A DNA stretch of 24,568 nt, from positions 1 through 24,568 of the forward strand of contig CAYRPF010000045.1 of assembly GCA_964426185.1 (NCBI GenBank). Direction: 5' to 3'. Shown here in pieces: positions 8,571 through 16,900 of this stretch. Position 1 is the first letter of the stretch. Each line of letters opens with the position of its first letter. The DNA comes from an uncultured archaeon. GTDB taxonomy: Archaea; Asgardarchaeota; Lokiarchaeia; Sigyniarchaeales; Promethearchaeaceae. The translations under genes and the position numbers were made by a program. The notes beneath the pieces were generated by a model. It was not told where the DNA came from, made no database searches, and saw only the letters and a list, made by a program, of their open reading frames with translations.

Positions 8571-8972
8571 TCAGTCTTCCATTTCTTCTCGAACTAATTC
8601 GGTTAATGTTCTAAATTTAACTGCATCTGGCAAAGGTCCGATAATTTTCAAATCTCCACTCATATAAGCAGAGGTTGCATCGATTTCACCAGTAAAAACA
8701 CCTGCAGCTGTTTCACCATTCATTTCTAAAGTAACATCTGGCTCTTCTATTTCACCCATGCCATAATCAAATTTGCCATCTTCAATTTTAAACCAGAAAT
8801 TATCCGCATCTGACATGTTAATTTGGAACTTTCGATCCCAATCTTCAACTTCTTCAGCAACATCTTCAGATTCATTACAAGTTTCTTTGAAAACTGCTAA
8901 AAATTCGGGTAAATCATCGATTGAAAAATCACCATCTTCAATCTTTTCAATAAGTTTTTCTTTATCAGCCAT
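8571..8972 (-). CDS. SCP2 sterol/lipid-binding domain protein
   Basis: 133 aa, acidic. Motif PDVTLEM...VFTGEIDATSAYMSGDLKIIG.L..A.KF is typical of SCP2. Confidence 0.88.
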   Translation of the reverse strand: MADKEKLIEKIEDGDFSIDDLPEFLAVFKETCNESEDVAEEVEDWDRKFQINMSDADNFWFKIEDGKFDYGMGEIEEPDVTLEMNGETAAGVFTGEIDATSAYMSGDLKIIGPLPDAVKFRTLTELVREEMED

Positions 8973-9148
8973 CTTGCATATCTCTCCGATTTTTTCAGAA
9001 AAATCTTATGATAAAATATATCACCTTATAATAAAAAGCTAATGCTTCGATTATACTGTAAAATTGTTAAAAATCCGCCTATAAGAGTAATTGTTTTGAC
9101 GGATCGGTAAAAATTAAAGTTAAAAAAAGAATAATCTATAATTATAAA

Positions 9149-9820
9149 TCATTCTTCCATTTCAAGAACTACTACGCGAACATCGGGCAGTTTATTTTTC
9201 AGTTTTATCCTATCCTCTAAACTTCCAATTCCCCGACCTACATGCATGGGAATAACGATTTCAGGTTTAATTACTTTTACGGCTTCTGCACATTCAGCTA
9301 CATCCATAACATAGGTTCCACTAACTGGTAATAAAGCAATGTTTGATTGAAGGTTTTCCATTTCAGGGATTTTATCAGTATCACCTGCATGATAAATCGA
9401 AATATCATCGATATGCAAGATGGTTCCAATATGTCCGGATTCTTTCGGGTGGAAAGGATTGCCAGGAGATCGAAACCTGTGCGTATTATAGGCTGGAATG
9501 GCGGAGATTAGTAATCCCTTGACGGTAACCTTTTCATGAGGTTTGAGAGAAACGACCTCTTTTTTCTGCTTGATTTGATTATTTAAGGTGTCATAGGTGA
9601 TGGGCGGTCCCACAAGAACTGTATCTGGAGTACTAACCAGGTTAATAGAATCGGGATGGCAGTGATCGAAATGTTCGTGAGAAGTAATAACAATATCTGC
9701 TTTCGGTAGTTGCGTGTTTGTGATTTCGTATGGATCCAGGTAGATATTTAGACCTTTGCCTTGAATGAGAAAACTATCGTGTCCTAACCATTTGATATTG
9801 ACATTTTTATAGGTGAACAT
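9149..9820 (-). CDS. Metallo-beta-lactamase fold hydrolase (UlaG/UPF0173-like)
   Basis: WLGHDSF, DPY, SHEHFDH (HxHxDH), IYHAGDT, LLPVSG.Y.M and IPMH. Confidence 0.9.
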   Translation of the reverse strand: MFTYKNVNIKWLGHDSFLIQGKGLNIYLDPYEITNTQLPKADIVITSHEHFDHCHPDSINLVSTPDTVLVGPPITYDTLNNQIKQKKEVVSLKPHEKVTVKGLLISAIPAYNTHRFRSPGNPFHPKESGHIGTILHIDDISIYHAGDTDKIPEMENLQSNIALLPVSGTYVMDVAECAEAVKVIKPEIVIPMHVGRGIGSLEDRIKLKNKLPDVRVVVLEMEE

Positions 9821-9843
9821 GGTTATCAGTTATATATGGGGGA

Positions 9844-9870
9844 AACACCCAATTAAATTTTTTCGGTGTT
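9844..9870. promoter_or_regulatory. Inverted repeat AACACC-N15-GGTGTT enclosing a BRE/TATA-like element in a divergent promoter
   Basis: Minus strand reads aacaccGAAAAAATTTAATtgggtgtt about 30-40 nt upstream of the MBL ATG at 9820. Confidence 0.3.
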
Positions 9871-9922
9871 AAAGGGTAAATTAAAGGGGAGCGGAGTGTT
9901 AATTAATATGAGGTTATAAATT

Positions 9923-10465
9923 GTGGATTTCACCGAAGTAATCAACCACCGAAGAAGCATCCGTAAATATTTAAACAAACCAGTTCCAAGTGAAAGCGTT
10001 AAGAAAATTTTGTTTGCTGCTCAAAAAGCACCATCTTGGGCGCACAAACAAGGTGCACGGGTTATTGTGGTGGAAGATGCGGAAAAAATGGAGCAATTAA
10101 GGGATGCCATCGGACAAAAATGGGTGGAAAGCGTTCCCATGTTTATAGTGGTAATTATCGATCCAGAACAATCAGGAATTGCTCCAAATAAGATGGAATA
10201 TTATCCCGTGGATGCCACAATCGTAATGGAACATATTATTTTAGCTGCAACCAATGAAGGGTTGGGCACATGTTGGATCGGTTGGTTCAATGAAGAAGAT
10301 GTAAAGAAATGCCTTTCAATTCCTCCCAGATTTCGAGTTATAGGATTAACACCCCTTGGTTATCCTGAGAAATACCCAGAACCGAAAGAACGGCATGAAT
10401 TGTCGGATTTCTGCTATTTAGATATGTATGGGGATGCCATTTCATTCGATAAATTTAACGGTTGA
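9923..10465 (+). CDS. Nitroreductase family (FMN-dependent) protein
   Basis: GTG start. RRSIRKY, AQKAPS, D..I.MEH..LAA..EGLGTCWIG and PLGYP motifs. Confidence 0.92.
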   Translation: MDFTEVINHRRSIRKYLNKPVPSESVKKILFAAQKAPSWAHKQGARVIVVEDAEKMEQLRDAIGQKWVESVPMFIVVIIDPEQSGIAPNKMEYYPVDATIVMEHIILAATNEGLGTCWIGWFNEEDVKKCLSIPPRFRVIGLTPLGYPEKYPEPKERHELSDFCYLDMYGDAISFDKFNG

Positions 10466-10597
10466 ATTTTTTCTTTGGATTATTTCCACAACTTCTCTAA
10501 CTTCCCTATCTTAAAACATGATATTTTACTACTAAGTATACTTCTCGGTGGATTTCTATGCAATTCTTTTTATATAACATAAATTAAAAATTAATTA

Positions 10598-11980
10598 ATG
10601 AACAGCAAAAATTCTGATGATTCATTAGAGAAGTTGGATAAACACAAATCCGTCACTCCACTTCCAATTCAAACATGGCTTGTGATCACTTTTCTGGGAA
10701 TAGCTGGTCAAATTGCATGGGCTGTTGAAAATTCTTGGTTTAATGTTTTTGTTTACGATGAGATTACTGAAGATCCCAGCCCAGTAGCTTGGATGGTGGC
10801 TGTTAGTGCAGTCACAGCTACTGTTACCACAATTTTGATTGGTGCTCTCAGCGATAGAACTCGATCTAAAATGGGAAAGCGAAAACCATATATTTTATTT
10901 GGATACATATTATGGGGTATTATTACTGCTTTATATCCGATGGTAGAACTAATTCAAAAACTGAGTGTGGCTGTTTTTATGGTTATTTTGATGGATGCCA
11001 TCATGACTTTTTTTGGATCTACGGCGAACGATGCATGTTTTAATGCTTGGATCACCGATATAACCGATCATTCAAATCGAGGTCGAGTTCAAGGGATACT
11101 TATGATGACCACTTTGGTGGCAAACTTAATTGCCATTGGAGCGTCTGGTTTTATTATAGAAAAATATGGTTATTTTGTCTTCTTTTATGTATTAGGAGGA
11201 TTTGTTTCCATTGCAGGGCTAATTGCAGGTCTACAAGTAAAGGAACCCCCACAAAATTATCCAATGCAGAAATTATTAAGTGATTCTGCGCCTGAATCTC
11301 CCATTCCTCCGAAAAAACCTTTTTGGCAAGACGTTATTTATGCTTTTCGACCAAGCACAATTCGTAAGAATCCATTACTTTATATTTTGCTTGCTTGCAT
11401 GGCCTTGATAAATATTGGAGGTCAAGTTTCCGCTCCTTACCTTTTTGTGTATTTGGAAAATTACTTAGAATTTTCAAAGGGTGAAGTAAGTATTATCGGA
11501 GGAGTGGTTATTCTAATTGCGGCCATCGTTTCTGTGCTATATGGATTGATCAGTCATCGAGTACCTCGAAAATGGGTGTTGGTGTTAACAATTCTGTTTA
11601 ATTGTTTATTTTCAATAGTATTCATGTGGTTACGAAAGATGATACCCATTATTTTGATGTATGCTGTAGTTCTTTCTCTTCAAATGATGAATAGTATTGC
11701 TTTAGAATCATGGATTCAGGATCTATATCCAGCCAGTGATCGGGGAAAATTTCAAGGTGCACGGATGGTGGCATTTGTGGCAATTCCTATGATATTTGGC
11801 CCTATTATTGGAAATTCAGTAATAAAATCTTATGGAATTCCCAGTGCGACTCAAGAAAATGGTTTCATTCCTACACCAGAGATTTTTCTATTTGGAGGTA
11901 TTGTTGGTATACTCGCCTTAATACCGGCTATTATTATTATGTTTTACGAAAAATCATTGCGCAACTATCCCAAATCCTAA
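10598..11980 (+). CDS. MFS transporter (GPH/sugar-cation symporter-like)
   Basis: About 12 hydrophobic segments. G.LSDRTRSKMGKRKPYIL loop motif, AWITDIT...RGR and WIQDLYP..RGKFQG. Confidence 0.9.
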   Translation: MNSKNSDDSLEKLDKHKSVTPLPIQTWLVITFLGIAGQIAWAVENSWFNVFVYDEITEDPSPVAWMVAVSAVTATVTTILIGALSDRTRSKMGKRKPYILFGYILWGIITALYPMVELIQKLSVAVFMVILMDAIMTFFGSTANDACFNAWITDITDHSNRGRVQGILMMTTLVANLIAIGASGFIIEKYGYFVFFYVLGGFVSIAGLIAGLQVKEPPQNYPMQKLLSDSAPESPIPPKKPFWQDVIYAFRPSTIRKNPLLYILLACMALINIGGQVSAPYLFVYLENYLEFSKGEVSIIGGVVILIAAIVSVLYGLISHRVPRKWVLVLTILFNCLFSIVFMWLRKMIPIILMYAVVLSLQMMNSIALESWIQDLYPASDRGKFQGARMVAFVAIPMIFGPIIGNSVIKSYGIPSATQENGFIPTPEIFLFGGIVGILALIPAIIIMFYEKSLRNYPKS

Positions 11981-12006
11981 CTATTACCTAATCAAGGTTG
12001 CTGAAT

Positions 12007-12040
12007 TATTTTTCTGTTTTTCTGTTTTCATTTTTTCTTA
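12007..12040 (+). terminator. Oligo-T terminator after the MFS gene
   Basis: TTATTTTTCTGTTTTTCTGTTTTCATTTTTTCTTA, between convergent genes. Confidence 0.5.
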
Positions 12041-12046
12041 TATACT

Positions 12047-14566
12047 TTACAAAAATTCCTTAAAGACTTCTTGCAAAATCTCGGTAGCATCATAAAAGGG
12101 AGAAACATCACCCGACCAATTAACTAGCAGATGTCCATACTTATTTCCAAACTGTGTTAGGAAATTTTTCAAAGCCCTACGTACTTGACCGGTTTCTCGA
12201 TCAGCAAATATCGCTCCAAATATCGGTAAACTAGTGCTATATTCCAATATCACTTTTTTATCCCCAGAATCAATGCTTCGGAGTAAATCTGCAGAATTAG
12301 TAACTTCCTTTACGAAACTGGTAATGGCGCTAAACATTCCAGAAACAAGAGATGGCATATAATTTTTCTTTAATTCTTGTTTTTCAAGATCATCTTCTGT
12401 TGATAATTCATTTTCTGGTTCTTTTGTTTCGGTAATCTGATAATAAAATAAATTTCTTCCATCTTTATAGAGCAAGTAGATTGAGTCAATTTGTGCTCTT
12501 TCAATAATGCAAGAAAATTCAGGAATCCACAAAAATAATAGATGCTGGTTTAATTGTGAAATTAACCACGCTTTAAATTTCGGATCTGTCAAAAGTGTCT
12601 GGGGAATAGATTTCAGCGGATAATCATTTTGTTGTTGTAATTGGTAACGAATTTCTTCTGCTTGAGGTTCATTAAAATCTAGATCCTGCAAATCTACATC
12701 CGATTTTCGCTCAATCGATGCAAGAGGATGTGTTTTAAAAAAAACCTGAAGATCTGTAACATTTTCGGGGTTTACAAGCGAATAGGTAACCCTTTCAACA
12801 TAGTTTCGCCCTTTATCAATTGATTTAACCTTAAAATTACGATTTATGAAGTAGAAAAGAAATCCCCACAAAATAAACAAGCAAAAAGGATTGAACAAGT
12901 AAAATGGGATGGTTAATGCCCTCAAAATCATGTTTCCAGAAAAGCTAGCTGTTAAAAATCCCGTTCGGACAGTATAAAAGGTAAAGTGATTTTGGGACAA
13001 ATAAACCGGGACACCTGTTATCCAACTCGTTTCTTCTGTAAAAGATAGTGGAATGATTAAGTCAGAGTTTAGAAGAATCGAAAATAGAATTGTGAAAATT
13101 AGCAAAGTCCCACCATAGATTCCAATAACTGTGGAAATATGCTGTTTTGTTCGCATAGCAAGATTGAAAAAGAAAGCCAGAACGATTACTCGAAAAACAA
13201 GTTCAATTGAATGAAGAGTAACAGAAATTTCGGATATCAGAGTTTCTGAATAACTTGGAGAAGCAGCTGCTGCTGATATTTGAGTGATATCAGTCCCTGT
13301 GGGTAGAAATAAACTACCGATTAGATTAAAGATTAGAAAAATGGTAACGCTAATAAAAGTGGCAATGAAGCCATATAATATAATAATTGAGAAATGTTTT
13401 AGAAGTGGTCGTGAAGTTGAAAGCTGAATTGATTCAATTGTTTGCTCATTTTCAAAATTTTCAGGTAAATTCTTTTGCAGTGTATTTTCAATTGTAGGAA
13501 GAGAAGCAGATTCATCTGCTGGGTTCGTCGAGTTCGCTGAAGTTTCTGAAGTTTCCGAAAGATTCTCAGAATCCAGTTGCTGTTGACTTCTTCTTCTGAA
13601 ATGTTTTCTAAAACGTTTTCGAGAAGCCCAGAACTTCCATGATTTGCGGTAATTGATAATTTTTAGCAATATTAGAATGCTAATTGGTTCAAAAATACGC
13701 ATAAATAAAATGAATGTAAAGGCAGCCATTAAAAAATAGCCAAATATATAAATAAATAGTAAAAGACTATCGGTTTGTTGTATTACAAAAAGTATGATAC
13801 TTAAAATTGCAATTGGGGTTCCCACTTCTTTTAAACTAGTAAAAAATCGCGCCTCAATTTGCTCTCCAATAAATTTCCCCCGAAATGCCAGGCGAGACGC
13901 TTTAATAAGTTGATAGCCATAAAGAAAGGTGGCAATGTACACAAAGAAGATTTCAATCAACATCCCAATAGCTGTGCTGCTTTTATTCAGATTTACCGGT
14001 TCTAAACCTGAAATATCAAGAATTACTGCTAATAAGTAAATTGCAATAGGCATTACAATTAAAAATGCTTTAAACATCTCTTTTTCCTTGGACCAATCGT
14101 TTTTACGCAATGCTTTCTTAATCATTTCTTTAGGTGAAGCGATATATTCATAATGAATTTCTTGAAAAAGGTCGATTTCGCCATTTTTCTCTTCTTTTCG
14201 AATTCTCAAATAAAGTATAAGCAGGGAAATAAAGGGCGAAATCACGAATATTAAGGGTAATAAAACAAATGGATATTGAGCATAGGTTGAGATCAAACTT
14301 AAAGAACGTAAGATTAAGTAAATAGGCACTAAGCTTGAAGTTTTAGAAGATGATTCATCTTCTGATAAAGGTTTTACATCGAATTGTAAAAGTGCAGGTA
14401 AAATCCAATAAACTGCGAAAAAGAAGCAAAGTCCATAATATAGTCTTAGGTAAAAAGCGCGCTTTGCAGTTTTTCGTTTAAAAAATGGAATTGGGATGGC
14501 AAAAATTAGTAATGGAATCAGATTCAGTAAGAGACTAAAGATCACATCCTCTATCGCAATAACCAT
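12047..14566 (-). CDS. Polytopic membrane protein (about a dozen TM helices) with a C-terminal longin/roadblock-like domain
   Basis: Two blocks of hydrophobic helices separated by a basic and S/T/E/N-rich linker. The last ~150 aa (IDSIYLLYKDGRNLF...LVSGMFSAITSFVKEV...LRSIDSGDKKVILEY...L..F...F..KY...L.NWSGDVSPF) match the pattern of Asgard longin-like domains. Confidence 0.75.
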   Translation of the reverse strand: MVIAIEDVIFSLLLNLIPLLIFAIPIPFFKRKTAKRAFYLRLYYGLCFFFAVYWILPALLQFDVKPLSEDESSSKTSSLVPIYLILRSLSLISTYAQYPFVLLPLIFVISPFISLLILYLRIRKEEKNGEIDLFQEIHYEYIASPKEMIKKALRKNDWSKEKEMFKAFLIVMPIAIYLLAVILDISGLEPVNLNKSSTAIGMLIEIFFVYIATFLYGYQLIKASRLAFRGKFIGEQIEARFFTSLKEVGTPIAILSIILFVIQQTDSLLLFIYIFGYFLMAAFTFILFMRIFEPISILILLKIINYRKSWKFWASRKRFRKHFRRRSQQQLDSENLSETSETSANSTNPADESASLPTIENTLQKNLPENFENEQTIESIQLSTSRPLLKHFSIIILYGFIATFISVTIFLIFNLIGSLFLPTGTDITQISAAAASPSYSETLISEISVTLHSIELVFRVIVLAFFFNLAMRTKQHISTVIGIYGGTLLIFTILFSILLNSDLIIPLSFTEETSWITGVPVYLSQNHFTFYTVRTGFLTASFSGNMILRALTIPFYLFNPFCLFILWGFLFYFINRNFKVKSIDKGRNYVERVTYSLVNPENVTDLQVFFKTHPLASIERKSDVDLQDLDFNEPQAEEIRYQLQQQNDYPLKSIPQTLLTDPKFKAWLISQLNQHLLFLWIPEFSCIIERAQIDSIYLLYKDGRNLFYYQITETKEPENELSTEDDLEKQELKKNYMPSLVSGMFSAITSFVKEVTNSADLLRSIDSGDKKVILEYSTSLPIFGAIFADRETGQVRRALKNFLTQFGNKYGHLLVNWSGDVSPFYDATEILQEVFKEFL

Positions 14567-14722
14567 ATTATGATAGTATTAGAAGTCTGAATTAATTTTC
14601 TTTTGCTATTTTAAGTTATGATTCTTTGTAAGAATGCTTACTTTTAAATAGGAGTTCCCTAAAATATTTTCAATATATGCAATTTTGTAGTTAACTCACA
14701 AATTATGGGTAAATTGTGACAA

Positions 14723-14730
14723 AAGGAGGA
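14723..14730 (+). promoter_or_regulatory. Shine-Dalgarno sequence
   Basis: AAGGAGGA, 7 nt before the in-frame ATC at 14738. Confidence 0.6.
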
Positions 14731-14737
14731 TTAAAAG

Positions 14738-15784
14738 ATCTCTAAAGAAAATAAGAATCGAGTTGGAATACCCCGTGCGTTATATTACTATATCTATAAA
14801 CCTATGTGGGTGAAATTTTTTGAAAAAATTGGGGCTCAAGTGATAATTTCACCTAAAACGAATAATACCATCAAAACATTAGGAGTGCGTTTTGCCCCAG
14901 ATGAAGATTGTTACAACAGTAAGCTTTATTATGGTCATGTTATTTCCTTAAAAAAGAAAGTAGATTATCTTTTTATCCCCAGGTTAGGCTCCGATCATCC
15001 CGTTCATGTGGGTTGCCCGAAATTCATCTCGTTGGCTGAAGTTATTCATTCCATGTATCCGGAATTACCAGAATTAATTAACCCTTATTATTCTCAAGCA
15101 AAGGCAAATCATGGGAAATTACGACTATTAATGATTGCTTTTCAAGTAGGTTGGAAATTTACTAAAAATCCCCTTAAAATTCTTCTGGCGCTTCGATTGG
15201 CCGTTCGTTCTCAAAGAATTTTCCGAAAGAAAACACACTTTTCAATAGAAAAACTACATGATTGGGAACAAGGAAAAATCTCCGAAATTTCAACATTATC
15301 TGATTTGAACTTTAAAATTGAGAAGAAACCTTTGAAAGTGGCGTTAGCCGCGCATAGATATGTGATTCATGATGATTTTGCTTCTCTAAATATTTATAAT
15401 AAATTGAGAGAGCGCGGAATTGAAATAATTACATCCGAACAAATGCCACGCGAAATCATTCAAGATGAAATGGCTAAGCTGGATTACAACTTCTATTTTG
15501 AGTATGAACGGGAAATTCTCGGCACTATACTCTATTTTTTGCGACATAAAACCGTTGATGGTATTATTCAAATTAATACTTTTTCCTGCGGACCGGACAG
15601 TATTGCGGGAGAAGTTGCCTCTCAATATTCCAAACGCTTAAAATCTGTTACATTATTGCAGCTTACATTTGATGAATTAACCGGAGAAGCTGGTTTGAAT
15701 ACCCGATTAGAGGCTTTTGTTGATATGCTAGAAAGGAAGCGAAAAAAAAAATGCCCATCACATTTCCCCACTTTGGTAGCCTGA
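14738..15784 (+). CDS. DUF2229 / acyl-CoA dehydratase activase-related Fe-S protein (PlsA C-terminal-like)
   Basis: The conserved VGIPRAL motif lies upstream of the first ATG (14804), so the start is extended to ATC 14738. Motifs EDCYNSKLYYGHV, DYLFIPR, GCPKF, FSCGPD and FDELTGEAGLNTRLEAFVD. Confidence 0.82.
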   Translation: MSKENKNRVGIPRALYYYIYKPMWVKFFEKIGAQVIISPKTNNTIKTLGVRFAPDEDCYNSKLYYGHVISLKKKVDYLFIPRLGSDHPVHVGCPKFISLAEVIHSMYPELPELINPYYSQAKANHGKLRLLMIAFQVGWKFTKNPLKILLALRLAVRSQRIFRKKTHFSIEKLHDWEQGKISEISTLSDLNFKIEKKPLKVALAAHRYVIHDDFASLNIYNKLRERGIEIITSEQMPREIIQDEMAKLDYNFYFEYEREILGTILYFLRHKTVDGIIQINTFSCGPDSIAGEVASQYSKRLKSVTLLQLTFDELTGEAGLNTRLEAFVDMLERKRKKKCPSHFPTLVA

Positions 15785-16899
15785 CCTATGTATTTGAATC
15801 ATTAGTTAAAGAATTAGGTCGGACAGATGTAATATTACCCAAACCTCCTAGTCGTAAGACGGCTCAGTTAGGAGCACGATATGGCCCAGAATACATTTGT
15901 ACCCCTTTCAAAATGACTTTAGGTACCTTTATAGAATCCTTAGAGAAGGGAGCTGATGAATTAGCGATAGGGGGGTGCCAAGCCTACTGCCGATTTGGAT
16001 ATTACTGGCCGGTGCAGAAATTAATTTTGGAAGATTTAGGCTACAAATTTAGGTTTATACATATCGATTATGACCACCCTTTGGAAATTTTACGAACTTT
16101 GAAGAAGGAAATCAGTAATAATTATTCCTATGCGCAGACTTTGCGGGCCGCCCGAATCACTTGGTTGAAAAATCGGCTCACTGATTTGGTAGATGAATTA
16201 CTCTATAAATACCGGGCTTTAGAAGTGGAAAAAGGGCTTGCAGAGCGGGTAGCTCATAAATGTTATCGGAAAATCGTAGCTTTAGAGGGAGCGAAAGCCA
16301 TTCGGAAATACCAAAAAATACTTCCGGATATTTTCGTAAGTGAAATCGAAATTAGGAATGAATCAAATCCACTCCGCGTGATGATTAATGGCGAAATATA
16401 CGTAGTGCTTGAACCTTCTTTAAATGTTAATGTTCATAAGCGGATGAATGAACTAGGGGTTGTTACGAAAAGCCCAACCACACTTCGCCGTTTTTATGAT
16501 TTGGGACAGAAATGGAATCCATTCAAATTGATGGATTATAAAATCGCCGATAAAATGGCGAAACCCTACATTGCCCATCGCTGTGGAGGTGAAGCTCAAG
16601 AAGCCATCGGAGAGACGATTATTTACAAAAAGCAAGGATTTGACGGAGTAATACATTTATATCCCTTCACGTGTTTGCCTCATATTGCCTCTAAAAATAT
16701 CTTACCGCAGATCAGCAGGTTGTATGACATTCCCGTGCTGTCGTTGGTGGTGGATGAACAAACAGGTGAAGCTGGTTTTCAAACCAGATTGGAAGCTTTT
16801 GTAGATTTGCTTGCTCGTAAAAGAAAATATCCCTCCAGGAAAGGGAAAGATCTTATGCCTGAAACAATGCAAAATAATCCGGTTTCTTTGGTGAAATAA
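15751..16899 (+). CDS. 2-hydroxyacyl-CoA dehydratase/reductase-like Fe-S subunit (PlsR-like)
   Basis: G..YGPEYICTPFK.TLG, CRFGYY, GEIYV, CGGE, YPFTCLPH and DEQTGEAGFQTRLEAFVD. Confidence 0.82.
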   Translation: MPITFPHFGSLTYVFESLVKELGRTDVILPKPPSRKTAQLGARYGPEYICTPFKMTLGTFIESLEKGADELAIGGCQAYCRFGYYWPVQKLILEDLGYKFRFIHIDYDHPLEILRTLKKEISNNYSYAQTLRAARITWLKNRLTDLVDELLYKYRALEVEKGLAERVAHKCYRKIVALEGAKAIRKYQKILPDIFVSEIEIRNESNPLRVMINGEIYVVLEPSLNVNVHKRMNELGVVTKSPTTLRRFYDLGQKWNPFKLMDYKIADKMAKPYIAHRCGGEAQEAIGETIIYKKQGFDGVIHLYPFTCLPHIASKNILPQISRLYDIPVLSLVVDEQTGEAGFQTRLEAFVDLLARKRKYPSRKGKDLMPETMQNNPVSLVK

Positions 16900-16900
16900 T

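Noticed and set aside
14705-14734. Upstream in-frame ATG GGT AAA TTG TGA as the true start (via readthrough) or as a uORF
   Set aside because: It would need readthrough of both TGA (14717) and TAA (14732). The SD + ATC explanation is simpler.
15670-16810. Similar DNA at the 3' ends of the two Fe-S subunit genes (GAAGCTGGTTT...GCTTTTGT.GAT)
   Set aside because: It encodes the conserved DE.TGEAG..TRLEAFVD family motif and reflects ancient paralogy.
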